NCBI RefSeq assembly: GCF_001194135.2
Contig: NC_068981.1
Coordinates: 16,072,811 to 16,135,826, forward strand
Direction: 5' to 3'
Source: Octopus bimaculoides
Lineage: Eukaryota
Length of the DNA stretch: 63,016 nucleotides
In this document: piece after piece, positions 41,441 through 55,145 of the stretch
How the letters are laid out: every line of letters begins with the position of its first letter
Position numbering within the stretch: position 1 is the first letter of the stretch
Notes under the pieces: generated by a model
Told to the model about the DNA's origin: nothing
The model's database searches: none
The model's input: the letters and a program-made list of their open reading frames with translations, nothing else
Position numbers and translations under genes: made by a program

Positions 41441-42234
41441 TTTCATTAAACTTGCCACATGGGCAGTACAAACAAGCAATGCTGGCTGGACAAACACATT
41501 AATGAGTTCCGGGAACAGCTGAAACGTTAACCCTCGGATAGTCTAGGAAACCGCGAAAAGCGTGGGTTGCAGAAATCCGTCATTTATACGACACAGAAAC
41601 CAAGTTAAGCTCCATTCGTTTGAGTCATACTTCCTAAAATTTTTGCATTAACACATTCATCAAAGTATATATCGCTCAGACAGGAAGAATCCATATCTCT
41701 ACTGATCACAGTACACTAAATTGATGCAGGCATTGATTTCGATGATTTGCTTTAGTTACTCCGCTTGAACTATATTACTTAAGATTCTGTATGTTCTGGT
41801 CTGGAAAGAAAGCGATGGGTGATGGATGGCTCATTCAGTTCCGGACTGGATGATTCCAGTGTCAATGACACTAATGTAATGAAGTTTATGTCCTCTCCAT
41901 TATTCTAACATTATTTCCATACACTGCTTTATTGTCATTTTGTTGTTTTGTTTTGTTTTTTTTGTCAATTTTACACTCCAGCTCTGATAGTTTTACGAAC
42001 ACATGCCTCGTTATCTTAGAGAGTTGTTTTTGGTCATTGTGACGGTGTGACAACCAAGCAAAAATAGTATAGCTAGTAATGCTACTTACTCTATATCTTC
42101 AAGTATATTCTGTATTTAATGGTTCAAAGAAGTCTAAGGAAATGGAGTGTGTATCACACAAGATTTTCCAAGTGAATAATCAATAATCAAAGAAACATAT
42201 ATGCACACACACATACATATTTGATCTCTACATG

Positions 42235-42274
<40 letters not shown>

Positions 42275-42535
42275 NNNNNNNNNNNNNNNNNNNNNNNNNN
42301 NNNNNNNNNNNNNNNNNNNNNNNNNNNNNNNNNNNNNNNNNNNNNNNNNNNNNNNNNNNNNNNNNNNNNNNNNNNNNNNNNNNNNNNNNNNNNNNNNNNN
42401 NNNNNNNNNNNNNNNNNNNNNNNNNNNNNNNNNNNNNNNNNNNNNNNNNNNNNNNNNNNNNNNNNNNNNNNNNNNNNNNNNNNNNNNNNNNNNNNNNNNN
42501 NNNNNNNNNNNNNNNNNNNNNNNNNNNNNNNNNNN

Positions 42536-42577
<42 letters not shown>

Positions 42578-44643
42578 TGTGTGTATATATATGTATATAT
42601 ATATATATATATATATAAAACACATGTATACATGAGTATGTTTGTGCGTATAAGTATATACTAAGATGTTTTCTTATATACTTTTATTCTTTGTTATAGA
42701 ACAGGTAACTAAATACATGTAAATCATAAAGCAGCAGATAAATGACAGAGCAATATTTATTTTCTATTAATCACGCGTTTACTGTTTGACATCCAAGACA
42801 AAGTGTACCAATCAATTGAAGTCAAATCCACTTCGGTACTTTTATCATACAACAAGTTATGGAAACGAGAATTTGTATCTAATGGTCTTGCCAAACTGCC
42901 TATTTGTATGTGAATATTAAGTGAGTCGATATACATCAATATCAAGGTGTATAAGTGTTATAATTTGTTCAGCTGGACTGCTATAGAAAAAACGGAGAAA
43001 TTGTATATGTTGATAGATACGTTAGCATACTAAGGTTTCAAGAGGTTATGAGACAGTTAAGAGAAGGAATTACAATATACAAAAGTGCAAAGTAAATTAT
43101 AGGGCGTGGTGTATACGCCACTGTTTATGTCATAGTATTGTTAATATTTGTGTTGTATATACTGTATGAAGGCTACTAAAACATATGCCAATAGAAGCAT
43201 TTCAAATGAAAGATAAAGCTTACAAGGGTAAGAAATATATTTGAGAAGGCAAATCGACGGAAACGTTTGGATTAAGCATGTTAATATTTATTACTAAGGT
43301 ATATAGAAACATTAGAGGGGAATCTTCATGGGTGAATGTATAAGTCCATTATTAGATTCATCTTTTCAGATATGGATATGGTTGTGCTCAATGATATAAA
43401 GTGATTCAGAAAATCTGAATATGGACCTACATTCTTACCATCATTGGAGAAATCATGCTTATGCTTTGCATTTCACGACTTGTTAAACAAAATTATTTGA
43501 ATCAAACCCAATGCTGTGTTAAACCTGAGAAGAAACGTCAATGGAGGAATATTCGTAATACGCACGTAACATTAATACGTAAAACCACCGAGAGTGACAA
43601 ATCCATATAACAGGGAAGTAAGTAAATAATTACATTTGCAAAAACATTTGTGAATGACACGTATTAAATGCATTCGTCAAGGCTTAAATTCAAACGTGTG
43701 TTGCAATCTTCTCTTCTTCACGAAGCTGAAATCAAGAAACGACTTTCTCTCTACAATTCAATATTCAAGAAGGCAAAATGCCTGTATCTAACATTGAATA
43801 AAACGGGAAATCACATCACAGTTATTGTTGTTGTTAAGAAGCGAACTGCTCCTTAGCTAAGAAACATTGTGTTTCTTTGGAATACCAAAGGTACTCGTAC
43901 AATAACAATTCTGAAATGCTTCAAGCATATCAAGACGTGAAGAACAATCTCGAATGAGTCCGTTTTGTCATAGGATAGAGCAGGGCGCACAATAAAAAGA
44001 AAATAATACACACAGCATTTAGTTTCAGTCATAAATATTAAATAAAAGGTTGTCTCAGTACCACATTACTTGCTACTCAATACTTAAAGTTTCGTAGAAA
44101 AAGATGTTCGTATGTACCCTCCATATTGAGGTAATTAGGTAGGTATGTATATGCATATGCATACAAATGTGTGTACATACGTGTGTGTGTATATGTATAA
44201 ATGTGTGTGTGACAAAATAGGAAACTGGAAATATTTTGGAATTATTTAGTTTCCATTACACGTGTTACACGCATGCATATATAGCATATACGAAGATACG
44301 TTATGCGTGCTTGTCTTTTTGTGTATATGTATGAATGCATGTATGTACGTATATGCGTACCTCATTTAGAAGTATTTCAGTTCAGCTTCCGATACATACC
44401 GTTACTGAAATGCCCAAGCGTTTGTCACTAGATATTTTACAACGGCTTCATTATCACAACAGTTACGCTGACCCACTCGTTTTCTGACGGCTGGTCTCTA
44501 TTGATGACAGCCATGGACTACATTCTGAATGTGGTAAGGTACGGAAAAGCTGCGCGTTCTTATATTTGGTGTCTTACACTGTACGAAATCTCACTCACAA
44601 ACATGTAATATCCATGCACGTGTGTTTGTTTTGTATGTATGTA

Positions 44644-44896
44644 CAGTAATGCCTCGATATACGAGTTAATTTGTTCTCGGAGACCTCTCGTAAAACGAAA
44701 ACTCGTAAAGCAGTGCAATAATTTCCCATAGTAGCAATGAAATTGTATGCTATCATTTTACTCCATCGCTGTGTAGACGCTTCAGAACCAGTGTTGCTAC
44801 ATGTGACGATTCCATGCACACAAAATTGTTGTTTAAACTTTTATATTTATTACAAAATAAACTCGTAAAACCGGGGTCTCGTAAAGTGGATCATTG
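44644..44896. mobile_element. Tigger/pogo-type MITE, degenerate
   Basis: TA|CAGTAATGCCTCGATATACGAG left end, partially complementary right end ctcgtaaagtggatcattg|TA, and repeated ctcgtaaa motifs. Confidence 0.5.
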
Positions 44897-47090
44897 TAAA
44901 GTAAAGTATGACTTATTTATACGTATGTGTGTGTCTGTGTACATACAAAAACTCACACACACACACATATATATACACATACATACGTACATACGCATAT
45001 ACATATATCCACAGAGAAATTCTATGAAGACACATAGGCATTAATACATACATATGTTTACAAACATATATAGATTGATTGATACATCTATAGCAGATTA
45101 CGCAGTTCAAAAAGTTGTCAACAAAACAATTCAATAGCGAAAAAAACAACGTGTTATATCACCGTGAGTAATCGATTCAAATAACATTTGTTTACCAGAT
45201 ATACGTGCCTGGAATTACACTGCAGGATGTTGTGTAAGAAATGCTTAACTCACTAAACTTTTATACATTTCATCTACTTTAGGGCAAATCGTTGGCGATT
45301 CAGATTAACTGTACTTGAAAAAAATAACGAACTTGTGAATATGTTTAATACTAATGCCCATTCGATAAGAAAGTGTGGTTCGGTTTTTTGTCAGCCATTT
45401 TCAAATCTATTTTTAAGATGTTACTCGAGGGTGTTGTTATGAAACGGACCATTGTCATATAACCATGCATACACACAAAGCTACACACATATACAGACAT
45501 ATATGTGGCGTGTGTGTGTGTGTGTATGTATACGTGTTGTGTCGGTGTTTGTGTGAGAGGGAAACAGAGAGAGAGAAAGCGAGACCCTGTATGGGAGGAA
45601 CACGGTCACACATTATGTAAGTAGATCTATCTACCCTATTAATCTAATGTTATATCTGAAGTTTTATTAATTATTGTGCATCAGTGATTTTCTATTTAGT
45701 TGTCTCTATCTGAAATCTTTTGAAATTATTATTTAAAAAAATTAGATTTTTGTGGTAGATACATTATTAAACTGTATCAGATATTTGTTTTAAATTTACA
45801 ATTTATCAGAAAAATGCGAAGATATATGTCTGGAATCTTAGATATTTGAATTATATAGATATAGTTTTTTTTATTATGTGTGTATCAGTGTATGCATATA
45901 TATGTGTGTGTGTATGTATCTATACACACATATATAGATATCGTTATATAGATATATGTATACAAACATATATATACATATACATACATAAAGGTATACA
46001 TATATATACATACATACTATATATATATATATATATATGTATATGTATATATATATAGTTATCGCCAAGCCAACATGGCAGTCAAGCCCTAGCCAGGCGG
46101 CGCTGCTGACTATCTGCTCGAAGGTTATTTATCTAATTTCAGTGGAATNNNNNNNNNNNNNNNNNNNNNNNNNNNNNNNNNNNNNNNNNNNNNNNNNNNN
46201 NNNNNNNNNNNNNNNNNNNNNNNNNNNNNNNNNNNNNNNNNNNNNNNNNNNNNNNNNNNNNNNNNNNNNNNNNNNNNNNNNNNNNNNNNNNNNNNNNNNN
46301 NNNNNNNNNNNNNNNNNNNNNNNNNNNNNNNNNNNNNNNNNNNNNNNNNNNNNNNNNNNNNNNNNNNNNNNNNNNNNNNNNNNNNNNNNNNNNNNNNNNN
46401 NNNNNNNNNNNNNNNNNNNNNNNNNNNNNNNNNNNNNNNNNNNNNNNNNNNNNNNNNNNNNNNNNNNNNNNNNNNNNNNNNNNNNNNNNNNNNNNNNNNN
46501 NNNNNNNNNNNNNNNNNNNNNNNNNNNNNNNNNNNNNNNNNNNNNNNNNNNNNNNNNNNNNNNNNNNNNNNNNNNNNNNNNNNNNNNNNNNNNNNNNNNN
46601 NNNNNNNNNNNNNNNNNNNNNNNNNNNNNNNNNNNNNNNNNNNNNNNNNNNNNNNNNNNNNNNNNNNNNNNNNNNNNNNNNNNNNNNNNNNNNNNNNNNN
46701 NNNNNNNNNNNNNNNNNNNNNNNNNNNNNNNNNNNNNNNNNNNNNNNNNNNNNNNNNNNNNNNNNNNNNNNNNNNNNNNNNNNNNNNNNNNNNNNNNNNN
46801 NNNNNNNNNNNNNNNNNNNNNNNNNNNNNNNNNNNNNNNNNNNNNNNNNNNNNNNNNNNNNNNNNNNNNNNNNNNNNNNNNNNNNNNNNNNNNNNNNNNN
46901 NNNNNNNNNNNNNNNNNNNNNNNNNNNNNNNNNNNNNNNNNNNNNNNNNNNNNNNNNNNNNNNNNNNNNNNNNNNNNNNNNNNNNNNNNNNNNNNNNNNN
47001 NNNNNNNNNNNNNNNNNNNNNNNNNNNNNNNNNNNNNNNNNNNNNNNNNNNNNNNNNNNNNNNNNNNNNNNNNNNNNNNNNNNNNNNNNN

Positions 47091-47350
47091 TAACATGGCA
47101 GTCCAGAAAAAATGCTGCCGTTGATTAGCACCAAGAGGCAATTCGCCTCTAGCTAGCTATGTGATACATATAAACCTGTGTCCATTACAACCTTCGAACA
47201 GGGAGGTCATCAGCTTCCTTAGTATTCGAAGGTTGTAATGGACACAAGTTTGTGTGTCACATGGCTAGCTAGAGGAGATGGCCTCTTGGAGCTAATCAAT
47301 GACAGCATTCCTCCTATTTTTCTGGACTACAATGCTAGCTTGGCGATAAT
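47091..47350. mobile_element. Palindromic MITE (fold-back element); related left-end sequence at 46059-46083 before the gap
   Basis: Arms 47091-47198 and 47225-47350 are imperfect reverse complements (gtgtccattacaaccttcgaa / ttcgaaggttgtaatggacac; ttgattagc / gctaatcaa). The end gcttggcgataa pairs with ttatcgccaagc at 46059. Confidence 0.8.
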
Positions 47351-47371
47351 TATTAATACCCAGTACTGTGC

Positions 47372-47585
47372 TGTAGTCAACTTTAGAGAAATTTAGAAAA
47401 AAAATATATATATAGGCGCAAGAGTGGCTGTGTGGTAAGTAGCTTGCTTACCAACCACATGGTTCCGTGTTCAGTCCCACTGCGTGGCACCTTGGGCAAG
47501 TCTCTTCTACTATAGCCTCGGGCCGACCAAAGCCTTGTGAGTGGATTTGGTAGACGGAAACTGAAAGAAGCCCGTTGTATATATG

Positions 47586-47621
<36 letters not shown>

Positions 47622-48080
47622 NNNNNNNNNNNNNNNNNNNNNNNNNNNNNNNNNNNNNNNNNNNNNNNNNNNNNNNNNNNNNNNNNNNNNNNNNNNNNNN
47701 NNNNNNNNNNNNNNNNNNNNNNNNNNNNNNNNNNNNNNNNNNNNNNNNNNNNNNNNNNNNNNNNNNNNNNNNNNNNNNNNNNNNNNNNNNNNNNNNNNNN
47801 NNNNNNNNNNNNNNNNNNNNNNNNNNNNNNNNNNNNNNNNNNNNNNNNNNNNNNNNNNNNNNNNNNNCATATATACAACGGGCTTCTTTCAGTTTCCGTC
47901 TACCAAATCCACTCACAAGGCTTTGGTCGGCCCGAGGCTATAGTAGAAGAGACTTGCCCAAGGTGCCACGCAGTGGGACTGAACACGGAACCATGTGGTC
48001 GGTAAGCAAGCTACTTACCACACAGCCACTCTTGCGCCTATATATATTTTTTTTTCTAAATTTCTCTAAAGTTGACTACA
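47372..48080. repeat. About 214-bp inverted repeat (family C SINE 5' halves plus flank) around (TA)n and an N-gap
   Basis: 47372-47585 is the reverse complement of 47868-48080 apart from one T/C substitution and small A/TA-run length differences. The supplied ORF track shows mirrored peptides on both strands. Confidence 0.9.
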
Positions 48081-48111
48081 CTATATATATATATAGTATT
48101 TATTTATTTAT

Positions 48112-48240
48112 TTAATCGACCCCGAAAGGATGAAAGGCAAAGTCGACCTCGGCGGAATTTGAAGTGAGAACGTAAAGACAGACGAAATACCGTTGACCGT
48201 TTCACCCGGCGTGCTAATGTTTCTTATGGCTCGCCACCTT
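48112..48240 (-). mobile_element. tRNA-derived SINE, family A (partial)
   Basis: ccgaaaggatgaaaggcaaa.tcgacctcggcggaatttgaa is shared with 716-760. Confidence 0.8.
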
Positions 48241-51200
48241 ATGACACTATATATATATATCAACTAGCCAGGGGAGAAATGACAGTTAATGACCATTACA
48301 CACTTTCCCACACACCGTATTGATGTTCATTGATATCTCTTCTTAAGAAATTGTGTACAATGTGAAAATACATGAGAGATGCAGATTTGTGTGAACTTTT
48401 TAGACGGAGGAGGCTGGTCCTGAAGCACAAAAAAACTTGCGACGGAAGAAAAAATGGTTTGTCGACTAGCTTAGCGAATGTTTGTACTCAGATTACAAGT
48501 TTATATCATTAAAGACCATAGTAGTATCGGTATAAGATGCAAAGTGACAAAACTACATTCCGGAACCAGAATTTGATATGCATTGCTGAGTGCGTTCTTG
48601 CCAATCAGTCGAATAGTCTTCTTGAATTGATGTTCAGTGCATGTATATGAGTTGACATTTTTAGCAAAAGTACCATCATATTGATGAGAACAGTATGTTA
48701 ACGAGGTTGACGGTTAAGTGAGGGATAACTATTTCAGTTCTTATTGCAACGCTCTCCATACTTTTGATGGTATAGTTGTTTGTTCTTCATAATAAGTGAG
48801 AGCAAGTTACAGAAACTCGTATTATATTTCCATAATCATATGACCTACCTCTCCATACTAAATATGGAGAAATTTAGAATGTAATAAATATCTTGATATT
48901 TTAGTTTTATTGTAGTCGCTTTAAATTCAGATCAGAACGAAAGACATATAAAGTTAATCGCTGGAATGCATTTAATCAGCTGGTCAAAAACTATAGGAAA
49001 GCTAGTATAAAAAATGTGTGTGTAAAACTGTTTGTCAATATGTATGGATGTATTTCTTCAGTGTGTGTAGCTTTGATGTGTGCGAATTTCGAATATCTTT
49101 TATCAGTATAAAACCTAATCCTTTTACGGTATATATATATAAGTGTGTGTGTGCGTCTGTGTATGTATACACACATACGTACATATATATACAACTATAC
49201 ACGTACTTATACATATATATGTATATATGCCTTTATAATATGTAATAAGCAAATTATATAAGCTTATGTAAACCATATATATGTATGTATATATGTATGT
49301 ACATGTATTTATGTGTGTGTGTGTATTATGTAGATAGCAATATAATCCAAGCTGTGGTCTCTTGAAGCACATTTGCATATTCCAATACTCTAAAATTATA
49401 TGTAGGTTGTATATTAGTGTGAGGTATGCATAAGAATTGAAAAATACTGAAAAATACTGAAAAATACGTCTTGCAGAGTAATTCCAGACCAAGGCAGGAG
49501 ATTGGGGTAAAACCTGATATTATTTATTCACTATTAGTCGTATTACATTTGATAATAGGACTTCTAAAGTTCTAGATATAGAAGAAATACGTTAAATATC
49601 TCCTATTACAAATTCTTCAGACAGAATCAAATTCAAACACTCAAATTTACAATATTAATAAAGGCATTAAAATATAGGTATCACCAAACTTTATAAGATA
49701 TAAGATTTTTCTAAAACATACACCCGTATACCTCTTTAGATGTCATAGGCAGAATGAATGATATGTACATCTTTTCACTTCAAACGCATGTGATATATTC
49801 ATGCTCAATATCATATGTATAAAATACACTAAAGTAAGAAGTGTCTGTATAGATTTATTGCTTTTTTTTTTTGTATCTGACCAACTTTTATTTTACAGAA
49901 AAGTTATTATGGGGGAAATAAACTCGCAAGGAAGTTGATCGACATTTCACAGGCAATATCGATACACGTAACTACAAGAATTCGACGACAATATTTTGTC
50001 CAAAATTGCAAAATATCGCAATAGTAAATATCAGAATATTTTCAAGCCAATTGTTAAGAGATACGTCGGTTCTACGACGAAACCATTGATTTCAGAAATC
50101 ATCTTTCAAACACCATACATATTTGGAGAGCGAGGAAATGATGCGGCTTTAGGAATGCTGCTCCTAGATACATCATTAATGAAATATCTTCACTCTATTT
50201 GTAACAATTCTACAATGAATTTCACATGGGTAAACATGGATGTTATGAGCTCATATAATTATTTTTGTGTTACCAGAATGTTTAAACTTTTGTTGTTGTT
50301 TAACCCTAAAAACGTCTAAGATTACATACCCATTGTGTCCCCCTTTTTCAAGACGATAGAGCGTAAATGGGGAAGAGTTACCTGCTATTTCTAGCAGGTT
50401 TCACGTCTCAACAGAGATTTCTTATAACATGTTAAAAACAGTAATTATCATGTGCGTCTTAATAATAAAAATCAGTCCTAAGTTTTCCAGTATCAGATAA
50501 AATCAAATTGATTATAAATTATAACATCAGATGATCAGAATTAATCAAAGAATTCCTAGCTATTACCTAAATCTCAGAAATTATGTTGCTTCAGGCTGCT
50601 TCTATAGATTCATATTTGCATAGTATAAATAGATTGCACAGTACATGAAATATACTTGTTACACATAGAAGATACTAAATATAAAGTTTAAAAAGTTAAC
50701 TCAGCAAGTTTATGGCATTACTTGGTGATCAACTTTGCAAGAGTATATTTTGGCTTTATCTGCAACCAGACATTTGGGTGAGGGTTGGAGAGGGAAAATA
50801 CACCCGCAATGAGCTACAACGGAGAGGTAACTATCATCTACACCTCCTGCATAAAACTGACCAGTAATCGCTTGTCAATATAGTAACCAGAGGTTGTTCA
50901 TCAACCTGATACTACAAGGAGGAGAGTTTATTTAATATTCCTCTTTAGTTTGATTTATTTGATCGATAATTCATCTCGCTTATATTGATTTTACTTCTCT
51001 ACTTGTTTGTTATTAAGATTATATATAGATATACTAAGTTGGTGAGGTTGCAAATGTAAACTGAAATCAGAACCATATCCACAGGCCATCACCCTCCTTG
51101 TGCCAAACTTTATTTTGTGCAAAGAAATTTATGCTTAGCCTGAAGGGTTAAAATTGGAATTTCCATCAATTCATAATAAAATAGTTCAATGAATGTCTTC

Positions 51201-51389
51201 AATTAAATATATAATTATCTCAGCTATTTTCTTTATTTAAAAATTAATTGGGTAAATTTAAACATGTCTGGTTACTCTAAGCAAAACAGTAGGCTAATCA
51301 ACTTCAATTACATGATATTAAAAGTGAAGCATTAATATAAAGAGTATACTTATGTGTATGTGTATATAGTTACGTTTGTATTGTGTTTT

Positions 51390-51436
<47 letters not shown>

Positions 51437-51649
51437 TCATTTTAAAACATATATGTTCATACAATTCATATATATATATTACATATACGACATATTTGGT
51501 ATATATACACATATAAAATAAATACTTTATATATTTTATATACACATGTCAATAAAGCATCAATGTTTCTCTGTATATGTATACTCACACATTTGTGTTA
51601 ATGTATGCAGATAGATATATAGATAAATAGAGAGATAGATACACAGACA

Positions 51650-51818
51650 GAAAGATAGACGGGCAAACAGACTGACGGACAAACAGACAGACGGACAAAC
51701 AGATAGACGGACAAACAGACAGACGGACAAACAGACAGACGGAAAAACAGACAGACGGACAAACAGACAGACGGACAAACAGACAGACGGACGGACGGAT
51801 AGACAGACTCATAGTTAA

Positions 51819-51875
<57 letters not shown>

Positions 51876-51895
51876 CAGATAGATAGATAGATAGT
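51650..51895. repeat. 16-bp minisatellite (GACAGACGGACAAACA)n followed by (GATA)n
   Basis: Repeated cagacggacaaacaga units, then (agat)n. Confidence 0.9.
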
Positions 51896-52080
51896 CATAC
51901 ACACACAAATATACAAGGACATCTATATGTGTATCAGGCGAAAAATTCCCACACTCCCATCTACTGCTATCCCAATTTCATATGTACTTCACTCTTGATC
52001 TATCTGAGACAGTCATGTGGATGACGGAAACTATACTCTTGGTATGCCACTTTATATGTCACCAATAACAAAAATTTAGT

Positions 52081-52220
52081 TCTATATTTAAGAGATGAGG
52101 AATTCTGTACATTATTTATATTATTTACATTCGACGGATTTTGTCCTCATCTTGTTTGTTGAGGACAAATATGAGGACAAATATCCGTCAAATGTAAATA
52201 ATGTAAATAATGTAAATAAA
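52081..52220. repeat. Internally deleted inverted pair of the same SINE-like tail as 54753-55454
   Basis: tacattatttatattatttacattcgacggattttgtcctcatc followed by gaggacaaatatccgtcaaatgtaaataatgtaaataatgta. Both arms match the tail at 54753-54800. Confidence 0.8.
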
Positions 52221-52399
52221 GAACAAAAATTCAGTCCCCCAAGTCTCCACGAATTTAGCTGTAGATATGTTGAAGCACTTCAGTTAAAACGTAAAACTCA
52301 ACAACTTCCAAAAGTTGAGCAGGGTTAAACAATAAAAGAACATGGGCAAAGGTAATATACGAATCATGAAAAATGACTTCCAAATTATAGCCGATCCTT

Positions 52400-52930
52400 T
52401 TGATACCTTGCCAGAAGGGTTTCCATCCAAGTGCCCAAACCCTTCCACTTTACAACACCAACGGATGTGTAGACTCTAACTCTGTAAAAAAGCTTCCGTT
52501 TTTGCTGCTTGCTGCATAACCTACTTCATACGGCACACTAATAGAAATTATTTTCCAATTCTGTTCTTTTCCAATATTTCAGGTCCTCCACTTAGCAGAA
52601 ACACACATCATATCCGAGAGTATATTCGGTCAAGTCGACAATATCTCCTCCGTTACCAAAACACATTGCAACTTATTCTGATCAGACTCTTGAATCTCTT
52701 TTCCTTTACAGGAATCTACCCTGATCTCTGAAAACACGCTACAGCATGTCTTATTGCCAAGATAAGCCTATCAAGCTATCGTTGTCCTAAGTTGATGGAG
52801 ACAGTCCTTAACAATAACGTCCACCAATAACTTCAATTTCCCCATCTATCTATCTATATCTCCTTAATTACATTACTGGTAGACCACTCTTCTCCGTCAC
52901 CCACCGTTTGACCGATTCTTTGCTTGGAAG
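52400..52930 (-). mobile_element. Possible heavily decayed restriction-like-endonuclease LINE (R4/Dong-like) 3' fragment
   Basis: Scattered remnants in the expected order on the minus strand: GDGEE (zinc-knuckle region), GDIVDL (PD motif-like), EDLK, MQQAA. Weak, with many disruptions. Confidence 0.3.
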
Positions 52931-53737
52931 AATTTGGTGATAGCGGTAATCTACTTACTCAAGTCACTAGCAAATCTTTCGACCACACCAGATATGCGAA
53001 ACTTCTATTTATACTTGTTTATGGGCTCCACTATAAACTCTATATCGGTAACTTTCTAACAGATCATACTACACACGAGTATTTTGAGGTAGCTCTTTAT
53101 CTCTTATTCTATCACATCTCTGAGATCATCAATGGGAATCGATCCCCGCATCAGCGTTAAACCTTGTCGCCGTTCTAACCACTGCACCTTAATTTTATGT
53201 GTGAGAGAGAGTGTTTTTGCATATAATCAGCATATACGTTCTTTTCATTATTACTAAAATATTCACTCAAGTAATATTTCGTAATCCAACTGTGTGTATG
53301 GCTTCTTACATTTGGATTACGAAATTACAAAACATTTCCCGAGGAAAAATCGTATGGAGACTCTACAAGAATAAAATAAAAAAATAATATCCAGCTAATA
53401 TGCAAATACGTTTTTGTAATTTCCATTTTAGCGCTAAGTTCTCGTTTGGTCCAGATTAAAAAAATTTGTTTAAAGTTTTTTTCTGGTGATTTGGCTTCAT
53501 GTGCCTGCTAGGTGTGTAGTCTTATATTCTTGTTATTTATATATGTTTTTTCGAGACATCTCGTGAGCGGAGTATAATCAGTACCGCGGTTTGCCCTGGA
53601 GTGATATTGGGAGTAATGAAACATTTAATTGATAAGTATAAATTATTACAAATGCAATATATGGGCAAATGAAAAAGGAATTGAGTAGGCTGAAAAAAAG
53701 TATTATTAAGAGATGATGGAATGTATGAACGGAATAG

Positions 53738-53752
53738 AAAGAAGAAGAGGAA

Positions 53753-53787
<35 letters not shown>

Positions 53788-53900
53788 AGAAGAAGAAGAA
53801 GAAGAAGAAGAAGAAGAAGGAGAAGAAGAAGAAGAAGAAGAAGAAGAAGAAGAAGAAGAAGAAGAAGAAGAAGAAGAACAACAACAACAACAACAACAGC
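53738..53900. repeat. (AAG)n purine tract followed by (AAC)n
   Basis: Read directly from the sequence. Confidence 0.95.
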
Positions 53901-54259
53901 AGCAAAGACAAAGACACAGCAACAATGACAAACAAGAAATTGTGCGGTGGAGAGAGGCTAAGATGTCACTGGATGAATACTGGACAAGCCAAGATCAAGA
54001 TTCCTATGAATTGTTTTTGAAATGATAAATTCAGCGACCACAGATTTTGTATGAGTTTTGTTTTGACCAAAGTCAGTCATGCATGAAGTTAAACAAAGCC
54101 GTATTGGAATTAGATACGTGTACCTGACGGTCAAGGTTAAAAGAATATATCCCCAATTCGGGAGCAAATATTTTTCAGTTTTGGTTTTGGTTTTTTTTAT
54201 ATACGTTAAAGAAAGAAACGGACCAGAAACGTTTTACATAAATCTATCCACAAATACAG

Positions 54260-54303
<44 letters not shown>

Positions 54304-54532
54304 GATAAATATAAATTAAAAATATAATGAGAATAGCTAAAATATTGTTTTTCCTGTATCTCAACCCGGGTGGAATAAAAAAGCTTTATTTGAGCACACA
54401 CACACATACGCACACATACACACACATACGCACACATACGCACACATACATTAACACATACACACACATACATTAACACATACACACACATACGTTAACA
54501 CATACACACACATACATACATCTATATATATG

Positions 54533-54716
54533 GTTGAAATTTAGAGAAAAACAAAAGACGAAGACAGGTGTATAAACAGCAAGCAGGTGTTTTAGTTTGA
54601 CTCTCGGGAAGGTGAGAAAGTCTTCCACGCTTCGAGCCTACGCTCTGCAACAGAAAAGAACACGAAGAAATAAACAGAGAAAGAATTAAAATGACTTGTA
54701 GATTTAGCGGTCAATC
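54533..54716 (-). mobile_element. Interspersed repeat with decayed hammerhead-like motif (copy 2)
   Basis: Shares gttgaaattta.agaaaaacaaaagacgaagacaggtgtat... and ttcgagcctacgctct.caacagaaa with 38785-38968. Core more decayed (CTGTTGC, GAAGC, GTG). Confidence 0.7.
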
Positions 54717-54752
54717 ATATATATATATATATATGGGGGGGGGGTATATATA

Positions 54753-55064
54753 TACATTATTTGCATTATTTACATTTGACGGATATTTGTCCTCACCTTC
54801 TTTGTTGCTAACACAACGTTTCGGCTGATATATCCTCCAGCCTTCATCGGATGTCTTGGGAAGATTTCGAACCTGGGTTTTTCATTCCTAAGATATTTTT
54901 CTCATTCCTAAGATACTGTTGTTGTTGTTATTATTATTATTATTACCATTATTATTATTATTATTATTATTATCATTATTATTATTATTATTCAGGTCAC
55001 TGCCTAGAAGCGAACTCGGAATTTTGGGGTTAGTAGCCTGCGCTCTTCACCACTATGACATATG
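54753..55064 (-). mobile_element. SINE-like unit: tRNA-like head + (AAT)n linker + minimal hammerhead motif + (TGTAAATAA)-type tail (left unit of inverted pair)
   Basis: Minus strand: A-box-like tagtggtgaag, anticodon-like loop ctactaa, B-box-like gttcgcttct, (AAT)n, then gacat-CCGATGA-A-GGCTG..CAGCC-GAAAC-GTT-gtgtt and a tail ending atccgtcaaatgtaaataatg. Inverted homologue at 55059-55454. Confidence 0.75.
54810..54855 (-). ncRNA. Minimal type I hammerhead ribozyme-like motif (U4>C core change)
   Basis: Stem I gacat/gtgtt, core CCGAUGA plus an extra A, stem II GGCUG/CAGCC, GAAAC, palindromic AACGUU stem III, GUU cleavage triplet. Confidence 0.6.
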
Positions 55065-55145
55065 CCCGTAGTGGTTAAGAGTGCAGGCTACTAAACTCAA
55101 GAGTTCGAGTTTGATTCCAGGCAGTGATCTGAATAATAATAATAA

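Noticed and set aside
54991-55133. Two functional tRNA genes
   Set aside because: No proper acceptor stems, degenerate arms and (AAT)n tails; better explained as SINE heads.
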